Source: Daphnia carinata (Eukaryota). From it: a DNA stretch of 64,000 bases. Positions 13,601-28,600 of the stretch are shown in pieces. How positions within the stretch are numbered: position 1 is the stretch's first letter; every line of letters begins with the position of its first letter. Where the stretch lies: positions 6,820,001-6,884,000 of the forward strand of contig NC_081333.1 of NCBI RefSeq assembly GCF_022539665.2. Direction: 5' to 3'. The notes below the pieces were generated by a model. The model worked only from the letters and a program-made list of their open reading frames with translations, was not told where the DNA came from and did not search any database. The translations under genes were made by a program, and so were the position numbers.

Positions 13601-16600
13601 ACCACCTGATTATCTTTCTCAGGACTTTTTAAAGAGCTATAGAAGTACATACGCACCAGAGTTTGTATGCATACCCAGAAAAAAAATTACATTAAAAAAA
13701 AAAAGACATTGAAATATCTAGCCATATAGCGTATGCACACATAATAGATATTAAATCATTGCCAACCTCCAGCCAGAAGAAAAAATCCATCCCCTAAACG
13801 TCAGAGCCTTTAAATTGATGGATCGCAAATAAATCATGAAGGTCGTTCTCATGTAGCTTTCTACCTTTTATCTTTTGCTCAACTATCTTGGGCCAAATAA
13901 ACAAAGTCGGGAAGCAAAACTGTTTAAAATGTTACCTCACATGGCTCGGCACTTTATCATCCATTATTTTGCGTTTTATTTATTTATTACTTCGTTATTC
14001 AATCTCTCTCTTCCTAAAAACAAGGACATCGTTGTGTTTCCTATAGAACATATGGCTCACACGTAAAGGCAGTATTCGAGCATAGTAAAATTTAAAAAAA
14101 AATGAATGTCACGAGTGGCAGAATTAGGGGCTTATTGAACGAAACGAGAAAAACTGGAAGCGTCCTTTGGCGATTAGCAAGATATGAGATGATCACGCAG
14201 GATCCAATGCATCTACGGAGCATTCAGTACATCAACCACTCTCTACTTGGAAAACATCAATTGATTAGCTTTCCATTACGTAGAAGAATATTCCAGTTCA
14301 CTGGGTAGAATTGGAACGAGCGAAAAGGGGAGAAAGGAACTTTGAAAATGTGTTCGTACCGTATAACAACAGTCGAAACCAATCAACTATAGAGAATCAT
14401 TGTGTGCGCAATGAAGGGTTAGACTACAGGTCGCTTATTTCTTGCCCAAAATCACATCAACATTTGACAGGGCGGAATAGTTTGCGTTTCAATTTGGACA
14501 TTATAACAGAATATAGAAAAGTTTTCGGGGAGCACTCAAGAGCTTACGAATCTTATACATCTGCTGTATAATCTAGCCTATCTGTTAGGCTGCAGGCTAG
14601 ATACATTCGGTCTTAATCCGTAAGACTTTCGATTTCTTTTTTTTCTTTATTCTTCTTTTATTCGGACACGCATGATACCCTTTGAATTAAACATGGAAGG
14701 CGTAGAGGCGAATAGCGGGAAAGAAACCGACATTCAAAGAAGGGAATAAAGAGCTATAAGCGGAAGAATTACTTCTGCTGCGGGCAGATCCGGATTTTTC
14801 AAACGAGTGACGATAAACGCTTTACCCCCACGCACTTCATCCTCCCCCTTTTTAGTTTCTTGTTCACTCTCCTTTTTCAATGTAATGGTCGTCAATGCAA
14901 CGTCACCGGGACCAATCGAATCGATCTTTCACGTTTTTTTCTGAAAGCGCGGAGCAAAATGAGGATTTTTCTTTTATCTAAAGAACGATTTAAAGGCTCT
15001 TGGATTCATACAGGTTATTCTTCATCTTTTAGGTTCCATATTTTGTTTCATAACACAAAAAAAACTTATTTTATTAAAACTTATTTTTTTTTTAAACGTT
15101 TTATGGAATACGCACAAGCTATGGTGTCCGTAGCTGCCGAAAAAGCTTAAGAATAAGATTTCTTAAAATTCAGTTTGTTTTGTAAATTGATTATTGACCG
15201 GCCAGCCTAGTAAACAGTTTTTGTTCCCATTTCCATTTCAACGAAGTTTTGAATTTAACATTTTTCGTTTCAAGCTCTTCATCTTTTTGCTATGTTTTGG
15301 TTGATGCGCACAGTGAGCCTGGACATGTCGTACCCCAAAATTCTGCCGGAAGATGCTTGCCGAAAGACTGGCGGTGCAGCAATAAAGCGCATTGCATAGC
15401 TACAGGCTAGAATTGTGTAACCTACACAGAGCAGTGTCTTTAACGAAAGATCAAGGGTCGTAAAAAATCGTATTTTCATACCAACCCCCCGCTGATTGAG
15501 TCAAGATTTTTGTTTGTCCGAGAACGATCAACGAATAAATGATACATTAGGAAATATTTTTATGAATAAATGTATCAGCCAGAAGGAACGTTCAATAAAG
15601 GTTTCTACAGACACAAAAATGCGATAAGGGAACACGTAAGCAAGTATTTTGGAAAAACTCTTTTTTGTCCGTTTACGTAACGTGGTGTTCTGCATTTGTC
15701 TTCATTGACACTTTTCCCCAGCACACCAGTTAGATAACTTTTCCTGTTCTAACTCGTCTGTTTTCTTCGTTTCTTAGTGAGCTTCTCGTCCGTTAGACTT
15801 AGTGTGTATCTCCCCGTCCGCCTTCGTAAGGACGTTTCGGTGTACATGCATAGCTTTTACAGTGCGCAGATTAATTAGAGAATGAAGAAAAAGAAAAAGG
15901 CTATGAAATTGTGTCCTGGGTTATCTTAGATTATCTATAGATGCGATCAGGTCCGTCAGTGAACGGCGGTATTATAGGAGGGGGATTGCCACGCCCCTTC
16001 AAAGGACGCTATGGTCGAAAGGTAACTTCGTGAAAAAAACCATTAAAATGCAGACTTATGTCTCTTTAATCACAAATACCATGAAACGTAAATTAAAACG
16101 TCATACGATATAAACTAGCAGGAAGGAGTAGACGTACAAGAGTCAATAAATTAAGGAAAAGAAAACGGAATAAAATACCGGAGATTAAGTTAAAGTTCTT
16201 TGGTGACTCTCACCAGAGACCTAGGAACGTTTCTCATTCTGATTTCTGAACAAGAAATGCAAAGGTTTTATTCCAATGATAATTAGCTCCGTTATCGTCA
16301 ACCAGCCAGTCACCACTGCTAGCATATTCATCCTTATTTTCTATATTGCTATGTAGATCCTATCTGAAATGTGAGGCTGTGTTGTTGATACCACAATTCT
16401 TTTCTTCCATGACAGTTACGACTCCAACTTTCAAAGGGAAGACGATCGACAGCTAAGAGTGTCTCTTCAAAATTCTACATTCAACACCCAAACTGAGAAT
16501 GAAACATTTAAAAAAAGACGAGGGAACATCCCATAGAATAAACGTCGATAGCATTTGCTGCATCGCGTCAAAGTTAGGTAGCCATAAACAAGGAGATTAC

Positions 16601-19600
16601 GGAATGCGTGATTGACGGCGAGGCTTTGTATTCATCAGACATTCAACTATTCCTATGTGCAGGGCCTCCGGATCCTAAATCATGCGTCTGCCAAGAGCTA
16701 TCATTCATTGATAATTCAGCGCAAGAGTATGATGGAATTTCTCCGTTTCCCCATATTTCGTAGTGGCATAACATCGTAGACGAGCATAATGCAAAAGTAT
16801 ATGGGGCAACTGGCTGCTGCAGTTCCCCATGTTCTCTCAGCGAAATGAGAATTGCGTCTGCTGTTGAAACCCTCTTTTTTTTCTTATTTATTTGATTTTT
16901 TTTCTTTTTCTTGGAGGATGATTTGCTCCAGAAGGGCGTGCTGGGAGTGACGGTGTGCTTCATTATCCCGTTGGACCCTACCAGCTGTTGAATAAATTAA
17001 TAAATGCCCCTCAAGCCTCCAACTGCATCTCTCAGGTTTCTGTTCACATTCAGCTGGTCCTCCTTGGACGAACGAGTAACATCGAACTCAATGTAGGATG
17101 CCGCCTCTATACAGATAATTTTATCATTTTAGATGATGTAATTATCAGCATCAACAAGGACGAATTTTCTTTACTTACTCATTAGGCAATAAAGTGGGGG
17201 GTTGCAGCCCAACAGTTGGACTAGGGCGTTCGTTACATAATTTGTACAGCCTCATTCAGAAAGAAAAAACATTGAAACAAAAATCAGCCGTCGCCATGCA
17301 TAAATTACGCCATGGATGATAATGGATTCCGGAATGCGTGGCGTGAATCCTTAACAACATAACGTACACACATACGTATACACAAGGGCAATCTTCGTGA
17401 TACAGTGATTGCCTTTCCTTATAGATATTCTCAGCAACAACCACCAGTGTGCTGGAGAGCAGTAGCCCAATATTTTCTTAATTTGACGTCGAAAAGAAAC
17501 AAGAGGCGGTCCATCCTCCTACACAGTGTCCAGCAAGGAATAGGAAAGACCGAATCGTAACAAATATATACAGAAGAGATTGGCAACCTAATATAGCAAC
17601 TGCTGCGGGAGTGTACTTTCGTAGCCACGAAAAAAAAGGATAGCTATTCATTACTGACGTCCATTTTCGATTATCAGAACACATTTTGTTACCAAAACCA
17701 ATAACTTGGGAAGAAGCTAAACTTTTGGCAAAGTCGCTCATAAGCATTGCAATTGAGAACTAAACACAATATCCATGTAGGCTAACTTAACTTTAATTAT
17801 TATAAAATGGCTATTTGGTTTAGCCCACATATAATTACGACATGACAACATTTTGAGTAAGGCCTCGGCACATCTCAATTTCATTCTTGTTAAAAGTTTC
17901 TTTCTTATTTTTGAACAGAAAAAAAAACAAAAAATAAGTACAACAACTTAGTATAGTTTACTATGCATGAAAAAGCGATATACAGCTCATATAGATGTTT
18001 TGCGATGTACAAAAAGGGCCCTGATTACTGCGCCTGGATAAAGCACGAACATCATCGCTTCTGCCTTTTAGTCGAGATTAGGACAGGCGTGCATAAACAC
18101 AACTAACTAAATAGACAAACAGGCTATAAAATAATAGACGCTGTGCTGTTGATGGCAGAATCATCACCCTCCCTTTCTTTTGCAGGGGACGGCTGTGATA
18201 TTGACGCTATACGAAATGACTGCGCGGTATAAGGTTCTGTGCCAGGGCGTCGCACGCATCGCTTCTCGTTGCGGTTGTTAAAATAATTTATCGCTTCCAT
18301 TATACTTGGAGCCTGGCTATATAACACGATAACAATAGAAGGAACAAAACAGAAGAAAAAGCGAAAAATATGTGTCACTATTACGTGAGACTTTTAGTTG
18401 CTATTAGCAGTGATGTATTTAATAGAGTCGTGCGTCATCATATTGTCAAGTTTAGAGAATGAACTGTAACTACAGCGCTGCCTCAACTTTGGATTCAGTT
18501 GAAGAAAAGAAAATAAGGAAACTAAATTACTAAGAAAAGAAAAAAGGTTGTGCTCCACATTGTACGTGATGTGTTTGTAGCATCCAAAGGTTGTATACGA
18601 TAGTGACATTTTTAGTTTGCTACCGCGTTATCGACATTGCGTAAAACCCTATTGGGCAGGAAAATGATGGCAAAATGGCAAGAATCAGAAGTGATTGAAA
18701 GAAAATCACGTCTTGTTATTAGCTTCAACATATATCCCGATTGAACGGATAAAGAAACTATACAACAACAGTCGTTCGATGCAACTGTAACATTTGGCTT
18801 TTTTCATTTTTAATTCCCGCGTTTACGACACAACGCGTATAAGACTCATTTTTTATATTTGGCAATTATTGAGGTAATATTCAGGTATACAGTGGTGTTT
18901 GATCCTTTTTATCCATTAGCCGTGAACTTATTTTAATGACGGAGTTTCATCGCGCCGTTTCGAAAGGTTAACAGCTGGCACCCAAATCCAAACAATTCTG
19001 CGCAGCACATCAACGATCTCATTACATCCATACGAGAGAACCTCTGCATGTATTATCGTGAGTCTATAGAGTATTCTGTGCCACTTCATGAGCCATAACT
19101 TTCGGCCATATGCCTGAAAAATCCAACACAAAAATCGCTATTATTTTTCTTTGTTTTTTTTTTTTTCATTTTATTGAAAGTGCTCGCACATGCACAATCG
19201 TAGAATATTCTAAAATGGCCGTTGCTTTTCGCCTAATCATAAAACTTTTGGCGGAATCGTTTGCAATGATGGACCAGATAGCCTACTCCATTATATAGAC
19301 CACACCAACTTTATGTTTCCACGTATACGTTATTTAACAATTTGCAATTCCGCACGCTCTCCAAGAGCCTAAGGATGTTGTGTCTGCATCAGAGCTTTAA
19401 CGACTGCCATAAAATTGTTTTTTTTTCTTATTTTCCTTTTTTTTAAGACTTATAAAAGGATACGAACGTCAGAAAAATATATTGGGCTAAAAGGTAAAAT
19501 AGATTGGCAGGCAGTACATAAACTGATGATGAAGCTTTCCAATTGGCAAGCAACAGCAAATGCCTTGGCATTGAGGCACGTCATCCACGTCTGAGACCTT

Positions 19601-22600
19601 CAAGACTTGACGCTCCCACATGTATACGGTCGAAGACGCTCCTTTTTTTGCGTAGTAGTGTAGTAGTAGTGTACACTGGGCAAGCATTTCTATTGTTCGT
19701 GCATTCTGTCGGTGGTAGAAAGAAATAAAGTAAGAGCTGTCAGTAAATAATCTGTTTAGATGTGGCACGTATCGTCAGTTGTTGCCCGTTGGTTGTCGGC
19801 TTGGCAGAGAACGCGCTGGTGGCACGAGCAACTAGTTCGATTGCTAGAAACTTTTGATGTTTCTTTGCCGGGGAATAGCGCTCCTCGGTTCCAGTTCGTC
19901 TGTCATAGACTCGTTGACCCAGCCTTTTCCCTCATTAAGGAATTCTTCGTTTTCTTTTTTTCTCTTTTCCCTTCATGTCAGCAGACAAAACCTAATAAGA
20001 GATGAGAACCATTTTAGACGTGCGGCCTACAATTTGACGATACCAGGCAACCAGCCAGTAATATCAAAGACTTTCACGGTACATATTAGAACAACTACGC
20101 TGGAATAAAATGTTCTATATTACCCAAACATCAAAAGCGTCCAAGCTGGAAATTAAAAGATCACTCAAGGGATATTGGGTCTTTACACTCTTTACATGAC
20201 CCTTTAATTTCATTTGTTATTTGCGTGTTTTTTTTTTCATCAGAACAAAATTGGCCACATCTCGTTGATTGAGTGAATTGTGCGAGAAAAAAAAATCGAT
20301 AAGGCGGCAAGCCTCGCCAGCTTGCTTATTATTTTTTTGCCGCTAAATAGCAGCACGGATTTCCAATCGAAATTTCAGGAACGTACCAATGTCATTTATT
20401 GTTTCTCGCCGCGTGAATCTGTAACAGGGTGGAGAAGCTGCCACATGGCAATATGTTAACCACAAAAAAAAGGCAGAGAGACCTTTCCATATTTCATTGC
20501 ACAAGTTCTTACTGGGCTTGTTGGTTCGAAATTGAAAACAAGTTGAATGGAGACAAAGTCACCGCATAAGGCGAGATTGGTTAAATATGAAGGCGGAAAC
20601 GTGACACTGTGGGGGAAATGTCAAATCAACATATTTAAAGTATACCGCAGGCTTGAAACAACAAAGTGCAATCCTACATCATTGGTCCACTGGGCGAATA
20701 TAAGCCCGGTAGGAAAGGGAGAAATAAGCAATGGGATTCGTGAGATCTAACAAGTACTAGTCTTCACATAAAGCTAAAGAGAAAGGAATGAAACACAATA
20801 AAGTCAGCTTTTTTCTCCTTTCTCCCTCTTGTGAATAACGGGTCTAAAAAATATTTATCAAGGAGTCAACACGCCTAGTGTTCAACCAACGCCAGAACGA
20901 CCCAATGCGATCAAGTCAATTCAAATAGACCGCGCAGCAGAACGGAAATCGAATTTATGTCTGCACACCAGCAGCGAGTGGTGGTTTGCTGCGCCACTCG
21001 CTTCACTGCCTGATATTCAACCGGGATTTCCTTCTTCTTTCCTTTTTGCTTTCTCTTCAATGCCCCAAATATCGTCACAAACAAAAAGTAAGAAACAGTG
21101 GAAACACACAGCGTAACGGGAAAAGTGGCCCACAGTCCCATGCCCACCAGCTGTAAATAAATAAGCATTACACTAGGGCATAGACGAACCAAGCTGAAGA
21201 GCAACTACGTAAAGAACAAAAAAAAAGATGAGGCTGACCACAGCGATATTTGCTGCAGGTCTTTCTCCACATGTACGTCTCCACATCACATGCATTTCTC
21301 CACATGTACGTCTCAGCTGAGGAGCTTTAAAAAACTATTTGTTAAAGGACGACAGAAATCAAAAGAGCCAGCGGTGAAGTGTATTAAACAAATAGATGAA
21401 TAAATCCTAGCGTATAAGAGAGACGAGAGTTGAAAGGCTCTTGAAAGAGTTGTAGGGGCATCACTCACGCGTGTGTGTGGCTACGTCGGCAAGTGCAATT
21501 GATGGGAAAAGGTCTCCGCCATGACTATGTAAATACAACAGCTCCCACGCATAAGACAGGGCGAACTGTTCGCAGTGCCATTTGGGGCGTTCCCTTTGAC
21601 CTCAGTAAACTGCCAGTTGAATATCGTGACGAATACATGATATGCCAAGATCAACTCGGAAGCCCTTTTTCTTTACACAGTACATCGCACTTTATTCTGA
21701 AGCGAATTTGATAATTGCGAGTTGGATAACGAAGGCCTGCATTGTAATACGGCAGTGTAGATACCCTTTGACATTCTCGTTAAAACAAACCTCGAAAGAA
21801 GAAAAGAAATTGAAAGATGGGTGCACAAATGAAAAGAGAAAACGAGTCATATGAGATGTAAATGGTAATTGCTCTGTATGACATGCAGGCCGGCAAAGAT
21901 AAAACATGGGCACTAGAAATACCCTTTTATCCTTTGTAATCAAACAAGAAAGATAACGAACAAAAGAAACAATGCGCAAACGGCTAGAGTAAAATAATTT
22001 TTTTTTTTAGAAAATATAAGGGAAAGGCGAAATGAATCATTTTAAGGTATCTCTTTCAATTCTCTATAACAGTAAAATACTACGGGGAATTCAGCGCAAA
22101 CTTCTACGGGATCCGTTTGCAATTTCCCATCAAAGCTAGCCCGTATCAAACAGCGGCAGCCAAGCTTCATCCTACGATATGCGTATATAAAACTAACTCG
22201 CTCTGACATGTCTATGTGCGCCAAACTTTTATTTTACTATTACCCCGCTTCCCATCGTTTTCGTGCAAACAGGATGTACATAAATGTCTCATGTCTTACA
22301 GATGCAATTTTCCTATCTGTGCCTCTAGAGCAAAGTTTCCCTAATCAAAGTGCTAATGTAAACAAATGTAGTGCCGTAACTTGGAGGGGAAGGTAACAAG
22401 CAACTTACGGGATAATCAGCGTCAATAGTTAATGTCAATTAGATACAACTTCTAGTGTAAGACGTTCTACTTCCTGTCCTTGAAGCCGTTGCTAGCATAA
22501 AACAATTAGTTGACAAGAACAACGAAGGCTAGGACTGATTGCATTAAAATTGAGAATATTTCTAACGGCTGTAAAGATTGGCTCCGTGGCTTTTCCCCTT

Positions 22601-25600
22601 CATTCAGCATTATCGATCGCGTCTGTTGGTTGGCGTATGCCGGAAGAAATCGCATTAATTAGTAATTGCAATGAATCTTTAAAAGGCTCTGCGCTTCATT
22701 ATGTTCTTGTCGTGACGATGAATTTTTTATACGCCCACACTATGCAATGAAATGATGATGAAATCAATAATTCCGAACGTAAACACCAGCGTCAGAATTT
22801 ACGTGCACCACATTAGCTTAGACAGGTTGCGTTCTTGACCTCGTATTCCGCTAAAACCTATCCCATTGATTTATATTTTAAAGTGAAAAGCGCGACAGCT
22901 TCGCTCAAAGATGATTGCAAACCACTTAAGAAATAAGATGATTCATACACTCTATATCGTCTATTGGCAGCAGCTGAGTTTACTGTATGCCTCCGTGGTC
23001 GTTATTCTTCGCTCGACAGTCCTTTTTTTCAGATGTACAAGAGGCACGTTATCACAGTAAATTACGCCATTTACACACGCAACAATCAACAACACAAACT
23101 GCGGATACTGTCTCTTCCCCCCCCCCTCCCCTTTAGCTCCACGGTATTTAAGTATTGCTCACAGTGTTTCAAGTTAACTTTTCTTAATAACATCACTGTT
23201 CATTACTACGTAACAGTCTGGTGGATATAATGACATCAATAGCCGTATCGTATAGACTCGTTGTATATGAACATATCAACTATAAGCTAAAGAGCCGTTC
23301 GCCTATACAGCAGCTGGTAAACACAGAAGGAAATCCTTCGTTCCCCTCGGAACCATAGTGGCTCGATCGATAAAATACCCATTGGTTGTGCTTGGCGCAG
23401 TATGAGCTATAGGACAATCGGCGATAGACTTATGACCCAAGAAGCGAAACTCGCAAGCGTTTCTGCATAAGCCATGACGGCATACACGCATCAGACTAGA
23501 GGAGTAACCCGATCATGATCAGCACTTATCATCCTGCTTCTGTATAAAGCAATCCCAATCAAGAGAGAATTTATAGGCAGATGCAAATGAGCTTCAAGGG
23601 TACCTCAACATCGCATCTGTTATCCCTTGTATATTAAAAAAAAGGTGTGTATTTTTTTTTCTTCGAAGCTTGCGACGTGCAAGGAGATCAAAAAAGAGCA
23701 AACGCTCTCAGCCTTGTATCCTGACACACAAGAAAGACGTACTCGACAATGTAATATCAGATGACAGCACAGTTCAAGTTTGCTTTCCGCATAGCGAGTA
23801 ATTGATTCCGACACCATAACTCTCAACCTAAGCTATACAGGAAAACAAAATCTGATTGTTATAACAAAATATGCTACTTAAATCGCAGGTCAAATGTTGT
23901 CACCTGTTCATGTATCCATCTAAGCTCTTATTGAATAAATCTTATGCCTCTTTTTTTTAACTGCCTTAGTTGCATCACATTGATTCCTAATCAAAACTCA
24001 TTTGTTGTTTGTTTATTTCGCCCTGCAGCTCAGCGAAGACATTGGCTACGTCTTGTACTCAGCCCTTGGTTCGTTCTACATCCCAAGTTGCATCATGGTC
24101 TTTGTGTACATCCGGATTTACTACGCGGCCAGGGCCAGAGCTCGCCGTTCCCAAGAGAACAAGATAAAGCGGAAACTGTCGCAAACCAAAGAGCAACAAC
24201 TCGAACAACAACAGAACCACAGACGTGTTAGCAAGCAACAAAAGGGAACTCAACAGCAAGAGGAATTGGAAATGAAGCCAATTAAAGTGACCGTTACGGA
24301 CGGCAAACATCCGCACGTGCAGCAGCAGTCCATCATTGCCAACAATGGCAATGCCGTCTCTCACGGTGACAGTGATAGACCACACCTTCCCACCGTGACG
24401 GATTGTTACTCGCGCGGATCCCTCACCAACATCAAGACGTTCGTCTTGAACAATCGCAACGCGATCGACACTCGAAGGCACAGCTTATCCACAGGAGGCG
24501 CCGATCTGAGAGTTATGACAACGAATTGGGGACCTTCGCTCTCGGTGGACCGACTTAGCGTCGTGGACGGACGAGCTAACAAGAGAAACGTCAAGGAAGG
24601 CTTTTCGTCTCCTAGCAACAGGCACGTGGAGAAGACTCTTCACTCAACGGCACCTAGTAGTTTGACGGCCATCAACGAATCCACGTCCACGACGGTTGAC
24701 GATAGTCAGAAGGCAGGTCATATTGCGACGAGGGGGGACACCGCCTCACCGTCAGCTCATCAACCGGTAGCTCAACGTCCATCTTCTTTGAAAAACGGCG
24801 GCGATCGGACCTCGTTGACAACCAGACATTGCGTTACATTCGAATGTGTGCCAGCCGATAACAGCGTCTCTTACTCAACAGTCCGCTGTTCCGTGTCCAA
24901 TGGTGATCAGCACAACGAACGTCTTGTGCATGAGAAAACAGTGGACGTTGAAGCGGAATCGACTACGGCAACTGAGTTGACACCTCCAGCAGTCAATCGG
25001 AGAACGCCATTGCTCTGTCCGAAATCGAGAAGCAAATTCGAGAAATTAGCCAGGCGGATATTGGCGTCCGGAATGACGGAAGGAGGAAGGATAACGAACA
25101 CTGATGCAACGATAGAAAATAAGCGGATGAACACGTCGGCAACGTACGAATGGTCGTCAGCTACCAACGAAGACGACCATCATCTTGAATCTCCTTCTCC
25201 CATTACCGCGTCGGATGTTCCAATGCCTCTGCCGCAGGCTCTAACTCCTTGTGACACTGGAATTACTGTCAGAGACACCAACAATCACAAGAATTTGCGA
25301 TCCAGCAGCAGCCTCCAGCAGGATAACGAACACGATATGGCCAGTGATGGCGGATTGGATCCTTCGTCATCCGATTCCGGCACTTTGGCCCGTTGCACAG
25401 TCGTGCGCCCTCTGAAAATCCGCTTTTGTCGTCCGAATTCCGGCAGTGTTCACAAAAAGTCTTCCAAAGCTAAGCGACAGGTACGTTACCTTTTCGTTTA
25501 AGCCATACGAAAAGAAAATGTGTAATATTATTTCGAGAGAGAAAGAAAGAATGATGACAACACTTGAATGTTGATTTAAATAAATGTGTCACGTTCCATG

Positions 25601-28600
25601 GTGCAACAACGAAGACCGCCCGTTGCTTATATATTGATCGGCTGAGCCAGCAAAAAAGACTCTTTAATAAATTAAAGAAAAAAAAAACAGGAGCTTATAC
25701 CGAACAGCTACGCAAGACCGAGATGTCTATGGAGAGGCCCATAAAGAAAAAGGGTGCCTGTACGTAGAGCTTATTAGCATATTCACGCTGCGTGCGACAC
25801 AGTTTCTTGAGGTGAAATAATTTTTTTTTTAGCCCCATTGGGGTTTCAAACTCATCTGATTGATGTAGGAGGAGAAAAAAAAAAGTTTTCCCATTTCGCC
25901 TTATTGGATTTTAATCGATCACGGGTAATAGAAGCGTTAAGGTTGAGTATCATTTCGCTAGAGGTTTACCTTTATGTGGATGAGAAAAGAAATCGTTCGT
26001 ATTTATTTTCGAATGAACATAAGGAAAATCGTATCGACGCGTACATGGCGTCGCTGCTGAACATTGGCGTTCTAATGAGAACGAATAACAATAAAAGGCC
26101 ACATAACGCTATTTTCAGATTCTTTTGGAATAAACTATGTATTAACAGCTTATTTGCTGAAAAACGAATGTCCCATAAGTCCGCACCAAATGCCGTTCTT
26201 TAGAGATGCAGATAGGTATGAGTTCACCTCAGAGATGTATGCGTATTAGGCTAATGATGTGCACACGTTGCTTCATGGCGCGCTTCGTTTCTTACCCGCT
26301 CAACGGAACGGGCCAAATCGATTTGACATTCACGATTTTTTGCTAGGGTAGGACGTTTTGTTTAAACGCTTTTTTTCTTGCCATAGTACAGTAGCCCGAA
26401 TGAAAACGACAAAATACGATGACAACCAAAAGGCAAACAAAAGCACACCCTTCATTCTCTCCAAATTGAAAAATAAAAAAAACTTTTTTTTTTTACAACT
26501 CAATCAACTTGGTGTAAATAACCTAAGAAAATGTACAAAGAAAATAGCAATAGCAACTTTTTTAATAACTATTGTGTCCAGAAAATAACAGACACTTACG
26601 TTCAAAAACTGGAAGTCAATCCCTTATACCCGTTGATTAAAATGTGTAAATAGCACTTATGTCAAACCTTTTACTTCGTTGTTTTTGTTTATTTTAGAAA
26701 AACAAACAACTAAAAACATTTTCAACTAAAAAGATTGAATTTTTTGTCTGAGAGCACCGTTTTATTTTGTGAGCAAACGTATTTTGTTGAAAAACACAGA
26801 CCAATTTCGCAAACAAAATTCTAAACCAGAAAATTGTTTCCCTGAATCTTTTTGCATAACTCTGACGTACTGCATCTCTGATTCCCCAAAGAGTCCTTTG
26901 CAAAAAAAAATTCTGTATTCTGTAAAAGTTATCTATTTCTTTAAGCGGAGAAATATCGCCGTAATGCAAGTTCGTGGAAAGACTTTGCTGCGATTGTCTG
27001 CGTTTTGCAAAGCTGCCAATTATTTAGCTGCGAGCCTGCAAGCTTACTTTCTATGTCTCTCTTGATCATTGGGCAATTATAACAGGGCATCTTCTCTGTT
27101 GAGTAAAAATCCCAGCTTTATTGCCAGACTGAGCGCGATGACGTACCTAATGCTTTCTGTTTTTCGCGTGCGGGTGTATTAACCCGCAGTAATAGGACCC
27201 CGAGTAACGCAATAACATGTCAACGAACAGACTATATAAAGGAAGAAAAGAAAAATGAGCTGAAAAACTATTTACTCGTGTGTCCTGTCTTTTTATCGGA
27301 ACATCTAGGGCAGGCCAATCGAGCACTAGCGTTGCTTAGTGTGTGCAGTTTACATCGGTCGATCATAAACGACTGGATACGTTCATTAAACGGCCTGGGA
27401 TTTGTTTCAGGGCTTCGCCCAAGAGTCACAGGCTTGACAGGAGATGGCTAATCGACGATGAAGATCTTACCTGTTCATTACTGCAGAAAGTGGAAGTAAT
27501 TAACCGCGTAGATGGCACGAGATTGATTTGAAGGCTGCACATAGCTCCCTTTTTCATTCCTGACATTTATATCTCGCTAAGACGGACTTATTTACGATTT
27601 GAAGCAGAAAACAGAAGGCGTCTATTCTACGTTTTCCCAGAGACTACAATTCGCTTAATAATTTTCCGCTGTCTGTTATCGCATTGCGTATTTCTTGTTG
27701 TAATTTATTAGTACCATGTAAAGAAGAAACCATGAGCTTCTACATGCGATAATATTTATAGGCATCTTCCGATTCTCCATGCACCAATGAAAAGAAATAC
27801 AATCATGTAATCCTTCTCTAGCCTTTAGAGCAATGGAAACACGACGTCGGAGAACATTTTCACAGTACGTGTACTACTATTGCGTTCTCTGTTACGTTTT
27901 TTCTCACGTAGTAATAAACCCCGTCATGTACGACGGTACGTTTCCACATAAGAAACCCCCCGATGTTGGGGTAAAAAATATAAGCCTAACAAGAAACAAG
28001 AGACACTGAACGAGGTCGCGATTGTGTCACACGAAAATCGTTTATTCATTGGAGATCTTTCGTAACGAAACAAAATTGCTTTATTGTACGTAAATATTTA
28101 ACGGGTTGTATTTGATTACACAGTTCCTCTTGCCAAACTTGAAGGTTGGTATACGATGCTGGTGTTGGAGAGCTTAAGCCCAACAGCGTTCTCGTCCTTC
28201 GCGTTTGGTCGTTTGTAATAATTTTTTGTTGTTCTCGTTCTCTGGGCAGCACAGATGTAAAAAAAAAGACATTGTAACTCACGTTTACGTATGTGTGTGT
28301 CTATGTTTATGTGCAGAATCCTCGGGTTTTTATCGAGGGAAAAGATCAATATCGAACGATTCGGCAGCACATCCAAAAGATGAAAAACTCGGAATAGAAG
28401 AAAAAGGAAGAAGGCCTGCACACAACTTAGAAAGCAAGAAAAAAATTGCGTCGCTTAGAATATTTCGATGGTTTTCCTCATTTTTTTAAATTTTTTGCTG
28501 TTTTCATTTTCTTTTTTTTTCTTTTATAAATAAAAAAAATTATTAATTCTATAGCAACAGAGCTGCCTCGGATACCGAAATGTGCGGAAAAAAGTTTATT

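Noticed and set aside
8650..23950. Many 60-190 aa ORFs in the 15.5-kb GPCR intron
   Set aside because: Their composition is non-coding-like with no motifs. I saw no nested gene or transposase.
28317..28397. Possible alternative terminal GPCR exon (TGCAG|NPRVFIEG...KNSE*)
   Set aside because: The polypyrimidine tract is weak, it would truncate the receptor before TM6, and there is no other support.
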